Positions 51,897-62,696 of a stretch of DNA of 64,000 nucleotides are shown here, piece by piece. Every line of letters starts with the position of its first letter. The first letter of the stretch is position 1. Position numbers and translations under genes: made by a program. This DNA is from Candidatus Subterrananammoxibius californiae (lineage in GTDB: Bacteria; Planctomycetota; Brocadiia; Brocadiales; Subterrananammoxibiaceae). The stretch lies in contig JAURAC010000007.1 of assembly GCA_030586555.1 (NCBI GenBank), forward strand, positions 35,611-99,610, written 5' to 3'. The notes under the pieces were generated by a model, which was not told the origin of the DNA, made no database searches, and saw only the letters and a program-made list of their open reading frames with translations.

Positions 51897-53036
51897 TCAC
51901 TTTAACAGTTCTCTTGAAATTACAAGTCTCTGGATTTCGCTTGTACCTTCACCTATCTCGCAAATCTTTACGTCCCTGAAGAAGCGTTCTACAGGATAAT
52001 CTTTTATGTAGCCGTGTCCGCCAAAAATTTGCACTGCCTTTGTAGCTGCTCTCATGCCTACCTCTGAAGCGAAGAGTTTTGCCTGAGATGCTTCTTTTGT
52101 GAATGAAAGCCCATTAGTTTTCAGATACGCTGCCTTATAAACCAATAAACGGGCGGCGTCCAGTTCTGTTGCCATATCTGCAAGCATCCACTGGATGGCT
52201 TGGAACTCTGCAATAGGCTTGCCAAATTGCATCCTCTTCTTGGCATACTCCATACTTTCCTCAAGGGCTGCACTACCTATGCCAACTGCCATTGCCCCTA
52301 TACCTATCCTCCCCCCATCAAGTATCTTAAGCACATCCTGATAGCCGCTGTTTACATCGCCGAGAAGGTTTTCTACGGGAATACGGCAGTCCTCAAGGAT
52401 TATACTTGCCGTATCACTCGTTCTTAGACCGAGCTTGTCTTCCTTTTTACCTACGGAAAGCCCCGATGTTCCTTTTTCAACAATGAAGGCAGATATGCCT
52501 TGTCTTCCCTTTGTACGTTCAGTAACAGCCATAACCACATAAATATCTGCGGTTGAGCCCTGGGAAACAAAAATCTTTGTGCCGTTTAAAACCCATTTAT
52601 CCCCACTCAGGACTGCGGTGCTTTCAATGCTTGCGGCATCACTCCCCGCGTTAGATTCAGTAAGCGACCAGGCTCCTAATTCCTTACCGATTGCCAGTGG
52701 AACGACGTATTTTCTTCTCTGTTCTTCCGTTCCAAAGGTATAGATATGATTTGTGCAAAGTGAATTATGAGCGGCAACCGTAATGGCAACAGAAGCGTCA
52801 ATGCGTGCCAGCTCTTCTATTACGATGGCTAAACTCATGGCATCCATACCAGCGCCACCATAAGCCTCAGGGATGAGAACCCCCATGAATCCCAATTTCC
52901 CCAATTCTTCAATAATCTCAGCCGGAAATTCTCCCTTAGCATCGCGTTCCCTGATGCCCGGCAGGATATAACCCTTAGCAAAATTTCTTGCCATTTGCTG
53001 GAGCATTTTTTGCTCTTCGGTCAGTTCAAATTCCAT
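51897..53036 (-). CDS. Acyl-CoA dehydrogenase
   Basis: [28 protein letters not shown] and [10 protein letters not shown]; start at ATG 53036. Confidence 0.93.
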   Translation of the reverse strand: MEFELTEEQKMLQQMARNFAKGYILPGIRERDAKGEFPAEIIEELGKLGFMGVLIPEAYGGAGMDAMSLAIVIEELARIDASVAITVAAHNSLCTNHIYTFGTEEQRRKYVVPLAIGKELGAWSLTESNAGSDAASIESTAVLSGDKWVLNGTKIFVSQGSTADIYVVMAVTERTKGRQGISAFIVEKGTSGLSVGKKEDKLGLRTSDTASIILEDCRIPVENLLGDVNSGYQDVLKILDGGRIGIGAMAVGIGSAALEESMEYAKKRMQFGKPIAEFQAIQWMLADMATELDAARLLVYKAAYLKTNGLSFTKEASQAKLFASEVGMRAATKAVQIFGGHGYIKDYPVERFFRDVKICEIGEGTSEIQRLVISRELLK

Positions 53037-53064
53037 AGCAGTCCTTATTTTTGAAAAAAATCGA

Positions 53065-53098
53065 GTAGCACGGACAAACAAGTTTGTCCATGCCACCC
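53065..53098. repeat. GTAGCACGGACAAAC REP (intergenic copy)
   Basis: Identical core to 45166-45196. Confidence 0.9.
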
Positions 53099-53099
53099 A

Positions 53100-53579
53100 C
53101 TACACGGGAACAAAATATACATCGGTTGATTTGAACTTGCTATGCCTGAGGAACTCCGCCTTTACCTTCATGCCAATCTTTACATCGGTTGGTTCTACGC
53201 CTACGAGTCTGGAAAGGAAGAGGGTATTAACGCCTTCAAATTCCACCAATATCAGGGTAAAGGGCGTCTCTTTGAGAAATGCTTCGCTACCAAAATAACA
53301 TGTTGTAAAAGTATGAATAGTCCCCTCAAGTGGCAGTTCATACCATTGAGTCTCAGCGCCACATTCCATGCAGTGAGAACGAGGAGTGCCGTAGATGTAA
53401 TTGCATCTTGTGCACTTACTACCAAGAAGTTTTCCTTTGGAAAGGCCTGCAAAAAAAGGAGAGTCCTGGGCGTAGCTGTGGATATAATTTATCTCATAAT
53501 GGTCTTTGATAATTATAGGGTCTATATTGAAAAGAATAGTACCTTCTTCAGTCTCAGGCAATCGAATTTTCTTTGACAT
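53100..53579 (-). CDS. DUF35-type zinc-ribbon/OB-fold protein
   Basis: CTRC..PRSHCMECG, GTIHTFT and VKIGMKV; start at ATG 53579. Confidence 0.85.
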   Translation of the reverse strand: MSKKIRLPETEEGTILFNIDPIIIKDHYEINYIHSYAQDSPFFAGLSKGKLLGSKCTRCNYIYGTPRSHCMECGAETQWYELPLEGTIHTFTTCYFGSEAFLKETPFTLILVEFEGVNTLFLSRLVGVEPTDVKIGMKVKAEFLRHSKFKSTDVYFVPV

Positions 53580-53603
53580 AAAAGGTCTCCTAAAACGTGG
53601 ACA

Positions 53604-53667
53604 GTAGAGACGCAATGTTCGCCCAAAAGATGGCGAATCTGCCTCTGGCACGACGTTGCGTCTCTAC
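53604..53667. repeat. GTAGAGACGCAA REP with a nested TTCGCC..GGCGAA element
   Basis: Arms GTAGAGACGCAA/TTGCGTCTCTAC flank a second palindrome family. Confidence 0.8.
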
Positions 53668-53718
53668 ATTTTATCAATAAATTGTGCCAAGTCTACTTTT
53701 TTCCGTGAAAAAGGTACG

Positions 53719-53747
53719 TTGACTTTTATGCCCCCTAATGTTATGCT
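53719..53747 (+). promoter_or_regulatory. sigma70 promoter for the HAD gene
   Basis: TTGACT-17 nt-TATGCT with a TGn extension. Confidence 0.55.
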
Positions 53748-53778
53748 TAATTAGTAGATGCAGGAGATTAAATAGAAA

Positions 53779-54531
53779 ATGAAGAATAAAAAAACAATTA
53801 TTTTTGACATGGATGGAGTTATCTCTGATAGTATGCCTTTCCATGCGAAGGCGTGGAAAGAGGCATTTGCCCCTATTGGGATTAATGTAGAAGACATTGA
53901 AATTTATATAAGGGAGGGCATGAAGGGCAAGGAAACAATTGAAGACATAATAAAAGAAAGGAATTTATCCATTTCACAAGAGGAAATGGAACAAATATAT
54001 AAAAGAAAAAGGGAGGCATTTAACAGGATATTTGAGGTAAAACTTATGCCCGGCATATATGGACTCTTAAACGGGTTGCGCATGAATGGGCATAGGCTTG
54101 CATTAGTCACTGGTTCATGTTTAGAGGCTACGAAGGCGGTTCTTTCGTCGCTCGCGGCTCGTCGCTCGTCACCCGAGTCAGAGGTTACAAGTCACTGGTC
54201 ACTGGTCACGAGCGACGTTTTCGATGTTGTAATAGCTGGAGAAATGGTTGCGAACGGGAAGCCTGACCCTGAGCCTTATCTTAAGGCTGTAAGCATGCTT
54301 GGTGTGAAAAAAGAAGACTGCCTCGTAATCGAAAATGCGCCAGCAGGAATAACCTCTGCTAAAAGGGCAGGTCTTAGATGCTATGCCGTTGCCACCTCTT
54401 TGCCAAAAACATATCTTAAAGAGGCGGACATGGTCTTCGATAACATCAAGGAGATTTCCGATTATCTTCTAAATGAACATTACATACAGCCTGCAAGTGC
54501 CACCATCACGTGCAAGTCTGTCAAACGATAA
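53779..54531 (+). CDS. HAD-family phosphatase (beta-PGM/CbbY-like)
   Basis: FDMDGV, KPDPEPY and IENAPAG; carries an in-frame heptamer-repeat insert. Confidence 0.88.
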   Translation: MKNKKTIIFDMDGVISDSMPFHAKAWKEAFAPIGINVEDIEIYIREGMKGKETIEDIIKERNLSISQEEMEQIYKRKREAFNRIFEVKLMPGIYGLLNGLRMNGHRLALVTGSCLEATKAVLSSLAARRSSPESEVTSHWSLVTSDVFDVVIAGEMVANGKPDPEPYLKAVSMLGVKKEDCLVIENAPAGITSAKRAGLRCYAVATSLPKTYLKEADMVFDNIKEISDYLLNEHYIQPASATITCKSVKR

Positions 54532-54560
54532 AACATGCACAAAAGATTTTCCCATTTCCC

Positions 54561-56879
54561 TCACTCGACATTCACAACAATCTTATCGCTTCCTACATTT
54601 CCTTCGCTATCAAAGGCATTAACTACTATGGTGTGTTCTCCTTTTGATAATACGGGGGCGAGGAATTGAAATGTCTCTTCCTCGGCATCGAATATCTGGT
54701 CATCGGGAAAGATTGACACCCAATCGGTTGCATCCAATGAATACTGTATTTTTGAAATGGCGCAGGTATCATCCCTCGCAATGCCCTTCACCCCACATTG
54801 TTTGTCATCCTGTATAGTAGCCTCGAGTCCCATAACCCTCGGTCGTGTGTTATCAATTATAAAAGGTGTACAAACCTTTTCTGCGGAAATGGCAAGCTCC
54901 GGTGGATTGTCTGGCTCGTCACTTGCAACAATTTTTACCTGGTACCTACCATCAGGAACACGGCTTGTATCCCACAAATAATAGTCTGTATCATAAAGCC
55001 CATCTGCCAAACCCTTCCAGTTCTGTTCGTCAATTGCTTTATAATAAAGTTTGTAAGACAACCTATCGTTGTTAGGGTCATCTGCCTTCCAGAAGATGGC
55101 TTTTGTGGCTTGTTCATAGAGGGGTCTCTGTTCGGCATAACGGGTATCCTGGGGTTTTTCCTCCCCGATTCTTGAACCGTAACTTTTTTGTCTTAGCATT
55201 CCTGTGGTTTGCCGTCCTTCTCTTTTCGATTCTACTTCTACACTTGAGACTCTCGGCGCTTGATTATGTGGCAAATAAGCGACTGACACATCATAAAGTA
55301 CCGGACTTAGTTCTCGATTGCTTGTTGTTAGTCTTGCTCTGTACTGTATAAACCGTGCCTGTGGACTCTTTATCACTTCACCGTGCCCATTATTAATGGG
55401 CGCCCCAGTGTATTCATCTGACCATTCGCTCCAGGTACTGTCTGGTCTTGAACTATTGCCGGTTCTTGTTGCAAGGGTAAGTTTTGCACTATTTGGCAGA
55501 TTCGACATCCATGTAATCCTGCCCCATTTAGAGGTAAAAGAGGCATCGTGGATGGAAGAAATATACGTTCCCTCACTTGTATAATACCTAGAAACCTTCA
55601 AAACACTTCCATTATTACCAGTACCCACATATACGCCATCACCCCTATATACATGCAAAGCTAATACCTGTGACTCTTGAATATCCATTAATGTAATAGT
55701 TGTATCTTCATTACGAGTGATTTTATAAATCCTCGACCCATTCCCAGTGCCAATGTATAGGTCGTTATTTTCATCCACTGCCAGACCAAAAATGAATGCG
55801 TTTTGTACCTCAAATATTTTTTTAACATGTCCCTCAGGAGTGACCTTGTAAACCGCATTAGGACCAACGGGTATACCCATCATTCGAGGTGGTGACTCAG
55901 GGTACCTGAATCCAGGTCTTTGTGGTTGAGTAGAACGCATGTCAAATTGCCCATCGTCTAAAAGGGTTTCGTTAAAAGCAAGTTCGGAAGAATTTGCTTT
56001 TAACTCTATCCCGATGCGGTGTTCTGTGTCGGAGAATGAATAGCCAGGCACCTCTGGCTGTTGCGGTTCTTGCTGAGATGGAGTGGGAATCCGTGGTTGA
56101 CCACCTGATGCAGTGCCAGCAAAAAGATTACTGTTTCTGTCAAGTGCAAGGCAATGAATTTCGCCTTCCCTTGCATCATAAAGTACTGCTGCCCTGCCGT
56201 CTACCTTTACTTTATATATTATACCATTGGGTTCACTACCGCCGTAAATGTTATCATTTTCATCTATTACAAGAGTGAGGATATGTGACTCAGGAGAATC
56301 AAACAAAACTGTTGCTTTGCCATCTTCGGAAATCTTATAGATAATTCCGCCATCCCCTGTAGCCGCATAAAGGTTACCTTTGCTATCAAAAGCCATACTC
56401 CAGATATAAGGCACGGGGAGTTGGCACCAGATTACTACTTGTTCCTCTGGAGTTATCTTATAAATTATTCCATGAGGTGAGGTTCCTGCATATATGTTTC
56501 CATTGGAATCAACTGCAATAGAATGAACGTGCAGCTCAGACGACCTATAAAGCATAATAGCCTCTTTCTTGATGGATGAACTACCTGCATCAGGTATCTT
56601 ATAAACAGTCCCTGGTTCACCCGTACCTACATATACGGTCCCGTAAACATTGGAAGTCATACACCATACATAGGGTTCCGTTATGCCGTTAATCTTCTCG
56701 GTCATTGGCGATAAGGTTATTTCCCCCGTGCTATAGGTTGAGATACTATCTAATGCACCTTTATCAAAGTCTGATTGGGTTGTTTGCACCCACGTAACTG
56801 TAGTAATACCCTGTGCATTTAAAGGATATATTAAATGTGCTACAAAAAGCATAAAGATAACAATGCACAATCTAATCAA
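54561..56879 (-). CDS. Secreted beta-propeller/FN3-like repeat protein
   Basis: Signal-like N-terminus; repeated D..GN.YAGT...G.IYK units. Confidence 0.7.
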   Translation of the reverse strand: MIRLCIVIFMLFVAHLIYPLNAQGITTVTWVQTTQSDFDKGALDSISTYSTGEITLSPMTEKINGITEPYVWCMTSNVYGTVYVGTGEPGTVYKIPDAGSSSIKKEAIMLYRSSELHVHSIAVDSNGNIYAGTSPHGIIYKITPEEQVVIWCQLPVPYIWSMAFDSKGNLYAATGDGGIIYKISEDGKATVLFDSPESHILTLVIDENDNIYGGSEPNGIIYKVKVDGRAAVLYDAREGEIHCLALDRNSNLFAGTASGGQPRIPTPSQQEPQQPEVPGYSFSDTEHRIGIELKANSSELAFNETLLDDGQFDMRSTQPQRPGFRYPESPPRMMGIPVGPNAVYKVTPEGHVKKIFEVQNAFIFGLAVDENNDLYIGTGNGSRIYKITRNEDTTITLMDIQESQVLALHVYRGDGVYVGTGNNGSVLKVSRYYTSEGTYISSIHDASFTSKWGRITWMSNLPNSAKLTLATRTGNSSRPDSTWSEWSDEYTGAPINNGHGEVIKSPQARFIQYRARLTTSNRELSPVLYDVSVAYLPHNQAPRVSSVEVESKREGRQTTGMLRQKSYGSRIGEEKPQDTRYAEQRPLYEQATKAIFWKADDPNNDRLSYKLYYKAIDEQNWKGLADGLYDTDYYLWDTSRVPDGRYQVKIVASDEPDNPPELAISAEKVCTPFIIDNTRPRVMGLEATIQDDKQCGVKGIARDDTCAISKIQYSLDATDWVSIFPDDQIFDAEEETFQFLAPVLSKGEHTIVVNAFDSEGNVGSDKIVVNVE

Positions 56880-57049
56880 GGAAAGAACCTCTCTTAAAAA
56901 CGTTTTCTAAAAAAATGATGCTTGTAGCAACCCTCCTGGTAGGTCAGTTAAAAGCACATCTCCAGAACGCGCTTTTAACTTTTTACGAAGAAGTCTATCA
57001 TGTTGAGCGCTGTATCGGGAAGCTCGGCATATCTTCTGCCTCAGGCAGA

Positions 57050-58933
57050 TTATCCATTTTCAACAACCAATGGCAGAGATTGTATACCATTTAATACCCA
57101 GTCGGTTTCAATCTTCAGGACAGCTTCGTCATAAAGAATGCCAACCCCGCTCCGATTGGAAAAAGCCATGATAGATAAAAAGGAAGACGGCAATGATGGG
57201 AAGCCTTGACCCTGATAGGTAATGCCCCTTTTTGACAGCCGCAACCTTACAATCAGGTTTGTGCGCTTTTCGGTATTTTCTATCAAGTCAATAAGCTGGT
57301 CAAAATTCTTTGATTTAAACATGTCAGGAGCCCTTAATTTTTCAAGCGACTGACTATACTGTGAATCGCATGCGGTAAGGGATATAATGCTTCCGGGAAC
57401 AATATCACTCGGAACCTGGAAGTTAATTGTTTTCTGAACATTTGTACAATCGAAAGGCCTTAAAGTTACATTAATCTGGACTGTTTCCCCGGGCTTGACA
57501 GTTCGTTTGCTTACCTTGACGTTCTCTATATATGCGGTACGTTGAGCATCAAAAACATAAGCAATCAAAGAAATCTTATTAATTTTTACATCCTGAAATG
57601 GGTTATTTAACAATGTGCCTATGGGTGAGGTTATATCGTAAATAGGAGCCCATTGTGCGCTTACATCGTAGTAAGAATTCTCTATCTCAACAGGTTTGTG
57701 GCGTCCTTCAAGTTGGACGGCAAGGCACAATTTTACCATCTTTGGCCCCGCCTGTTTTTCGGTAGCCAACAAAGCGCTTTCTATAGCCCACTGAACAAGG
57801 CTGGGCGAAAGGATCTTGTCATGAACAACCTCGAATTTATATCTTAGTCCTCCAGAGGCGGATGCCCCTCTAACCTCAACCTCACAAGGAATCATTTTGG
57901 CATACTCTCCAACGGTTCCAGCAATTCCTGGCTTTCTGTCCTGAGAAATCCTGCCAATGATATCCGTGGCAGCAGCGACCTTAAAAGAGGTGGACTGGTT
58001 TGCAATTATAGTATACACATGCGCCAAAGACATGGGCAGATTAGTGGTCCCTGTGTGGAAAAATGGATGACCAAATGCAACAATTTTATCGCCTTCCCTA
58101 TAGGTAAGTGTTCCGATAGAAGAAACATTTAAATCTCCACGAACCAGTACGGCTGCAACGGCAGCCCCTGGTTGTAGGTCATCACTACTACTACTTGAAG
58201 AGGTCCACCCACCGCCACCTTGCACAGGAACCAAACCATATTTTTCCAGCTCAGTTCCCATTCGTTCTATTAGCCTGCTATCAAACCCGGAAACCACTAA
58301 AGGGGCTTTAATAGGTATAAGTTTGACTGTTTGCATATCTTGAACTATTCCAACCTCACTTGTATTTTTAGCAAGCGCAGTTTTCACTCTTGTATCTTGA
58401 AGCGCCCATGGCGATTCCCAATAACTTGTAGTAGCAGGGCTTGTCCCTGCCCCGTCATGGGCAACCGCAAGGGTTGTCCCTACATCTGACTCTTGACTGA
58501 TGTTATGAAGCACCTTTATCATATCCCTTATTGGTGTTACACCAGCAATTGCATCTTTAGCAAACGTCCAGCCGTAAGAGACCGCTCCGATTAGCTTATC
58601 GTTAACATAAACAGGGCTTCCGCTCATTCCTGCAATTATCCCGGTTTTATCGAGGGATGCACCGGACATCTTTATCAGTATCATGTCGCTCTTTACTTCC
58701 CAGTTCTTCAGTACACCAATAACCTCGATATCGAATCTTTCGATATTCTTTCCAGAAAACACCGTCTTTCCGTAACCCTTCATCCCTGGCTCAAGGGCAT
58801 CAACATCTAAAAACAGTTGTTCATTATCAAGAGACACCGGCTGTACAGACGATGCAGTAATCGAATCCAGACAGGTAAGTTCGCTTAGAATAGCAAAGAT
58901 AAAACTAATAAGGAAAGTTAAAACCAAGTACAT
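57050..58933 (-). CDS. SpoIVB-type peptidase S55 domain protein
   Basis: GMKGYGKTVF, IIAGMSGSPVY..KLIGAV and AFGHPF. Confidence 0.85.
   Translation of the reverse strand: MYLVLTFLISFIFAILSELTCLDSITASSVQPVSLDNEQLFLDVDALEPGMKGYGKTVFSGKNIERFDIEVIGVLKNWEVKSDMILIKMSGASLDKTGIIAGMSGSPVYVNDKLIGAVSYGWTFAKDAIAGVTPIRDMIKVLHNISQESDVGTTLAVAHDGAGTSPATTSYWESPWALQDTRVKTALAKNTSEVGIVQDMQTVKLIPIKAPLVVSGFDSRLIERMGTELEKYGLVPVQGGGGWTSSSSSSDDLQPGAAVAAVLVRGDLNVSSIGTLTYREGDKIVAFGHPFFHTGTTNLPMSLAHVYTIIANQSTSFKVAAATDIIGRISQDRKPGIAGTVGEYAKMIPCEVEVRGASASGGLRYKFEVVHDKILSPSLVQWAIESALLATEKQAGPKMVKLCLAVQLEGRHKPVEIENSYYDVSAQWAPIYDITSPIGTLLNNPFQDVKINKISLIAYVFDAQRTAYIENVKVSKRTVKPGETVQINVTLRPFDCTNVQKTINFQVPSDIVPGSIISLTACDSQYSQSLEKLRAPDMFKSKNFDQLIDLIENTEKRTNLIVRLRLSKRGITYQGQGFPSLPSSFLSIMAFSNRSGVGILYDEAVLKIETDWVLNGIQSLPLVVENG
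58431..58483. repeat. Double GTAG REP, in frame in the S55 peptidase gene
   Basis: GTAGCAGGG-CTTGT-CCCTGC..GGGCAACC-GCAAG-GGTTGTCCCTAC encodes VGTTLAVAHDGAGTSPAT. Confidence 0.8.
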
Positions 58934-59205
58934 TTTTTTACATCCTCCCGGTTATTTTAGCCACCTTGCACTAACAAAATAACCGTTTACGCTAAGCATG
59001 GTAACTGGTAAGTTTGGTCTACCGTTGCCTGTATAAATATAAATAATATATTTTTCAATTTATCACTTTTTACACATTTTGTCAAACACAAAAATTAATG
59101 TGATTATAGAAGGCTTGACACCAATTTATAATGGTGTCAATAAAATCTTAACTTTGAATTTATTTACTGAAGATTCGACTGTTCTATACTCCATTGTTTA
59201 TCCCC

Positions 59206-59976
59206 TCAATATTTAATTTCCATTAAACACAATCCTTTTGCCGGTACTGTTTCTCCGGCAAGGCGTCTGTTCTTTAACTCAAGGATGCGTTTGAATTCAT
59301 CCGGGGTAATTTTACCCCTTCCAACTTCTAAAAGCGTTCCCACGATTGCCCTTGCCATATTATATAAGAAGCCATCTGCCTCAAGTAAAAAATGGATAAA
59401 GCTAATCTCCTTTTTTATTTCCATCATGCTTAAGGTTCTCACCGTATTCTTTTTTGTGTAATAAGCATGTCTTTGAAACGTTTGGAAGTCATGTGTGCCT
59501 AACAGAAACTGTGATGCTTCTTTCATTCTATTTATATCGAGCAAAAATGGAAAGTGGTAGCAAAAGTTTCTAAAAAGGGCGCATCTCAAAGACTCGTTCA
59601 GCACAGTATAACGATATACCTTTGATTTGGCATCGAACTGTGCATGAAAAGTGTCGGGAACTTCTTCGGCAGATTTAACGGCAATATCGGGTGGTAAATG
59701 GGCGTTAACACCTCCAGGTAGTTTTGTCGTAAGAATCTCGGATGCGGTTTTAAAATGGGCAACCTGTCCCATGGCATGGACACCTGAATCCGTTCGGCTG
59801 GCTCCATAAAGAACAACCTTTTCGTGTATTATTTGCTCAACTGCGTCTTCCAATGTTTGCTGGATTGTAGGGGCAGGTTTAAAACCAGCCCCTACCGACG
59901 GCTTTCGTGGATTTTGTCGCTGCCAGCCAGCATAATTCGTACCTTCATATTCTATAAGAAGTTTTATGTTACGCAA
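59206..59976 (-). CDS. truA: tRNA pseudouridine(38-40) synthase
   Basis: EYEGTNYAGWQRQ, ASRTDSGVHA, GTHDF and FLYNMAR; probable TTG start at 59976. Confidence 0.93.
   Translation of the reverse strand: MRNIKLLIEYEGTNYAGWQRQNPRKPSVGAGFKPAPTIQQTLEDAVEQIIHEKVVLYGASRTDSGVHAMGQVAHFKTASEILTTKLPGGVNAHLPPDIAVKSAEEVPDTFHAQFDAKSKVYRYTVLNESLRCALFRNFCYHFPFLLDINRMKEASQFLLGTHDFQTFQRHAYYTKKNTVRTLSMMEIKKEISFIHFLLEADGFLYNMARAIVGTLLEVGRGKITPDEFKRILELKNRRLAGETVPAKGLCLMEIKY
59867..59895. repeat. GTAGGGGC REP, in frame in truA
   Basis: GTAGGGGCAGGTTTAAAACCAGCCCCTAC encodes VGAGFKPAPT between WQRQ and IQ. Confidence 0.88.
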
Positions 59977-60090
59977 CTTACCTTCTTTGAAAAGAAGGTA
60001 AGCCAAGAAACTTTTAGAATATTTCAGAAAGTATAGCCTTCTTGAAATATCATAGAGGTTTCTTGCTTACTTCTTTCTCTACTTACCTTT

Positions 60091-61110
60091 TCATAAAAAA
60101 GCAGACAATAATCTTTCTGCAATCTGGACGGCATTAAGCGCTGCGCCTTTTCTAAGATTATCACTCACAACCCACAAGTTAAGGCCGTTTTCAATGGATT
60201 CGTCTTCCCTTATCCTGCCAACAAAGGTATCGTCCTTGCCAGCGGCTATTGACGCAAGCGGATAAATCTGCCTCGATGTGTCATCCATCAACGTCACCCC
60301 TGGCGCCCTTGAAAGTATTTCCTTTGCCTTTGATGCCGTTATCTTTCTTTCCGTCTCAATATTAACCGATTCACTATGGCTACGAATTACAGGCACTCTT
60401 ACTGTTGTTGCCGTCACCCTGATGGAGTAATCGCCCATAATCTTTTTAGTCTCATTAATCATCTTCATTTCTTCAACAGTATAACCGTTCGGTAAAAAGG
60501 CATTGCTTTGGGGTATCTGTGGCAAGGCATTAAAGGCAATCTGGTGCGGGAAAATGGTTCTCTTATAGCTTCCGTCATTTGCGAGGATACTTCTTGTCTC
60601 CTTCTGAAGTTCATCTATTGCCTTAAGCCCTGCGCCAGAAACTGCTTGATATGTAGAAACCACTATTCGTTTAATCCTGCCGTAATCATGCAGGGGTTTA
60701 AGCACGACAACCATCTGGATTGTAGAGCAGTTGGGATTGGCAATGATGCCTTTATGTTTTGCAATCTCGTGCGCATTCACCTCAGGCACAACCAGTGGCA
60801 CATCGTCATCCATCCTGAATGCGCTGGTATTATCCACAACAACGGCATCGCTTTCAACGGCGTAAGGGGCGAACTCCTTGCTTATACTACCCCCTGCGCT
60901 GAAGAGCGCAATGTTAATCCCGTGAAAAGATTTCTGTGTAAGTTCCTGGACTGTAATCGTCTTGCCTTTAAAGGTTATCTTCTTTCCCACCGACCGTTTT
61001 GACGCTAAAGGTCTGATTTCATTTATGGGAAAGTTCCTTTCTTCCAGAACCTTTAACATTTCTAAGCCGACAGCCCCGGTAACACCGACAATAGCCACAT
61101 TAACATCCAT
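60091..61110 (-). CDS. asd: Aspartate-semialdehyde dehydrogenase
   Basis: VGVTGAVG, IIANPNCST, YQAVSGAG and DNLRKGAALNA. Confidence 0.96.
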   Translation of the reverse strand: MDVNVAIVGVTGAVGLEMLKVLEERNFPINEIRPLASKRSVGKKITFKGKTITVQELTQKSFHGINIALFSAGGSISKEFAPYAVESDAVVVDNTSAFRMDDDVPLVVPEVNAHEIAKHKGIIANPNCSTIQMVVVLKPLHDYGRIKRIVVSTYQAVSGAGLKAIDELQKETRSILANDGSYKRTIFPHQIAFNALPQIPQSNAFLPNGYTVEEMKMINETKKIMGDYSIRVTATTVRVPVIRSHSESVNIETERKITASKAKEILSRAPGVTLMDDTSRQIYPLASIAAGKDDTFVGRIREDESIENGLNLWVVSDNLRKGAALNAVQIAERLLSAFL

Positions 61111-61220
61111 TATATAGCAACCCCTTTCACTTAGACACAAGAAGTAAACAAGTAAGCTGTGAGACGTTAGACGTAAAACGTGAAATATAAGACCGTTTTT
61201 CTTTTATCTTACGTCTTACA

Positions 61221-62213
61221 TCATTTTTTTCTTATAAGAATTTGGTCTGAAATTTCTGAGGCATTTCTTGCCCCATGAATTTGCTGCAAAAATCTTTTTG
61301 CGTCGAGAGGATACCCAGCAGTTGGTCTCAGACCAGGCACTTTTTCCTGCCAGTATGCGTTAAATAATTTTATAAATAGCTCTCGCACATACTTGCTGTA
61401 CATAGAGGCTAAAGCAGCAGGGAAATGACTATCCTCAGCCTTCTCAATAAACGATACCACCATTCCCCTGTCGAATTTCTTAATCTCATAGGTTGAGATT
61501 TCCTCCGACTCCTTAAAAGTTTTGATTTGACACCCATGAAATGCCTTAGAAAGCAGGTGGTGATATTTGTTCCTGCCGCCATGCTTGTCCACAAATACCT
61601 TTGGTCCTCGCGTACCGAATTTCTTCCATATAGCAGTCAAAAGTTTTGCACAACTCTGAAAGAGCACCAACGACTTATTACACGTTAAATTAATCTGTTT
61701 GTTAAATTCGATGGTAGAAACGGACACACTTCTTATCCCATGCAGCTTCACTCCCTTTTCAGCCATCGTACGTGTCAAGAGTTGTACATTATTCGTAATC
61801 GTCAATGGGTTAGAAGCAATGGGCAATGAAAGGTCCTTTCCCACATACCACGGGTAGCTGTTCAACACATCTACATCATAACATGACAAAGCCTTTAACA
61901 AGCCAAGAAAGGAAGTAATAGGGCCCTTAAGACACCACATGAAAGGTAGCGCACCATCCTCAATTCTTTTAAGCCCGCAGGAAGAATACACCTTTTTACT
62001 GTCGTCAACGACGATGCGCTCTGTCGACCCATTCGCCTGAGGCGAATCAGCCTTGTGCACCCGCTGGACATTTTTAGTTACGGCGTCTTCGAGTAAGTGC
62101 CAAATGCTCTTATTAGCGTAATCATCGGGCACATTGAACACTACCCCGGTAACTACAAGAGGCCCAATCGTTGGTCCATATCCAGCTTCATCTATCCCAG
62201 CCACTATAGCCAT
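61221..62213 (-). CDS. rnhB: Ribonuclease HII-like protein
   Basis: AGIDEAGYGP..GPLV, DDSKK, DKHGGR, ALASM.SKY.RE and GYP.D. Confidence 0.75.
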   Translation of the reverse strand: MAIVAGIDEAGYGPTIGPLVVTGVVFNVPDDYANKSIWHLLEDAVTKNVQRVHKADSPQANGSTERIVVDDSKKVYSSCGLKRIEDGALPFMWCLKGPITSFLGLLKALSCYDVDVLNSYPWYVGKDLSLPIASNPLTITNNVQLLTRTMAEKGVKLHGIRSVSVSTIEFNKQINLTCNKSLVLFQSCAKLLTAIWKKFGTRGPKVFVDKHGGRNKYHHLLSKAFHGCQIKTFKESEEISTYEIKKFDRGMVVSFIEKAEDSHFPAALASMYSKYVRELFIKLFNAYWQEKVPGLRPTAGYPLDAKRFLQQIHGARNASEISDQILIRKK

Positions 62214-62394
62214 ACGCAGCAAGTCACCCCTTATGAAGAAAAGGTGGTCTAAAAAAACTTATGATATCCAGAAAAGATGATGTCATGAAAGATGTTAGAA
62301 GTTTTTTACCTACTTCTTTTCAAAGAAGTAAATTAAATGTAAATTTTAATATAAAAAGAAACCCCTGTCAAATGTAAAAAAGTGCCCTTAACCC

Positions 62395-62423
62395 TTGACA
62401 GCATTTTTGCCCTTCTGTATAAT
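62395..62423 (+). promoter_or_regulatory. Perfect consensus sigma70 promoter
   Basis: TTGACA-17 nt-TATAAT. Confidence 0.8.
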
Positions 62424-62455
62424 ACCCCGTCAAAAAAAACGAAGACGCATGTTTA

Positions 62456-62486
62456 CCCTGTTAGAAATCTGTGATTTCTAACAGGG
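62456..62486. repeat. Perfect 14-bp-stem hairpin in the leader
   Basis: CCCTGTTAGAAATC-TGT-GATTTCTAACAGGG. Confidence 0.75.
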
Positions 62487-62696
62487 CAAGCCTTGATAGT
62501 ATAATACCAAAGCACGGACTCAAAATTCTAAAGCCAAATTTTGGATTTTATTTTATCTTGACTTTGAAAAAGAGATTGATAAAAATATACTAATCCGACT
62601 CTGAAGTAAATTTGTAGCTATCTTAGCAGTTGTGCAGCGCAACTGTTATATAGTGTTATAGATTAGTGGAACAATTTAAAGTTAAGGAGAGGAAAG

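Noticed and set aside
51010..51930. Gene-end duplication around the PIN TA pair
   Set aside because: No repeat of the acyl-CoA dehydrogenase end found.
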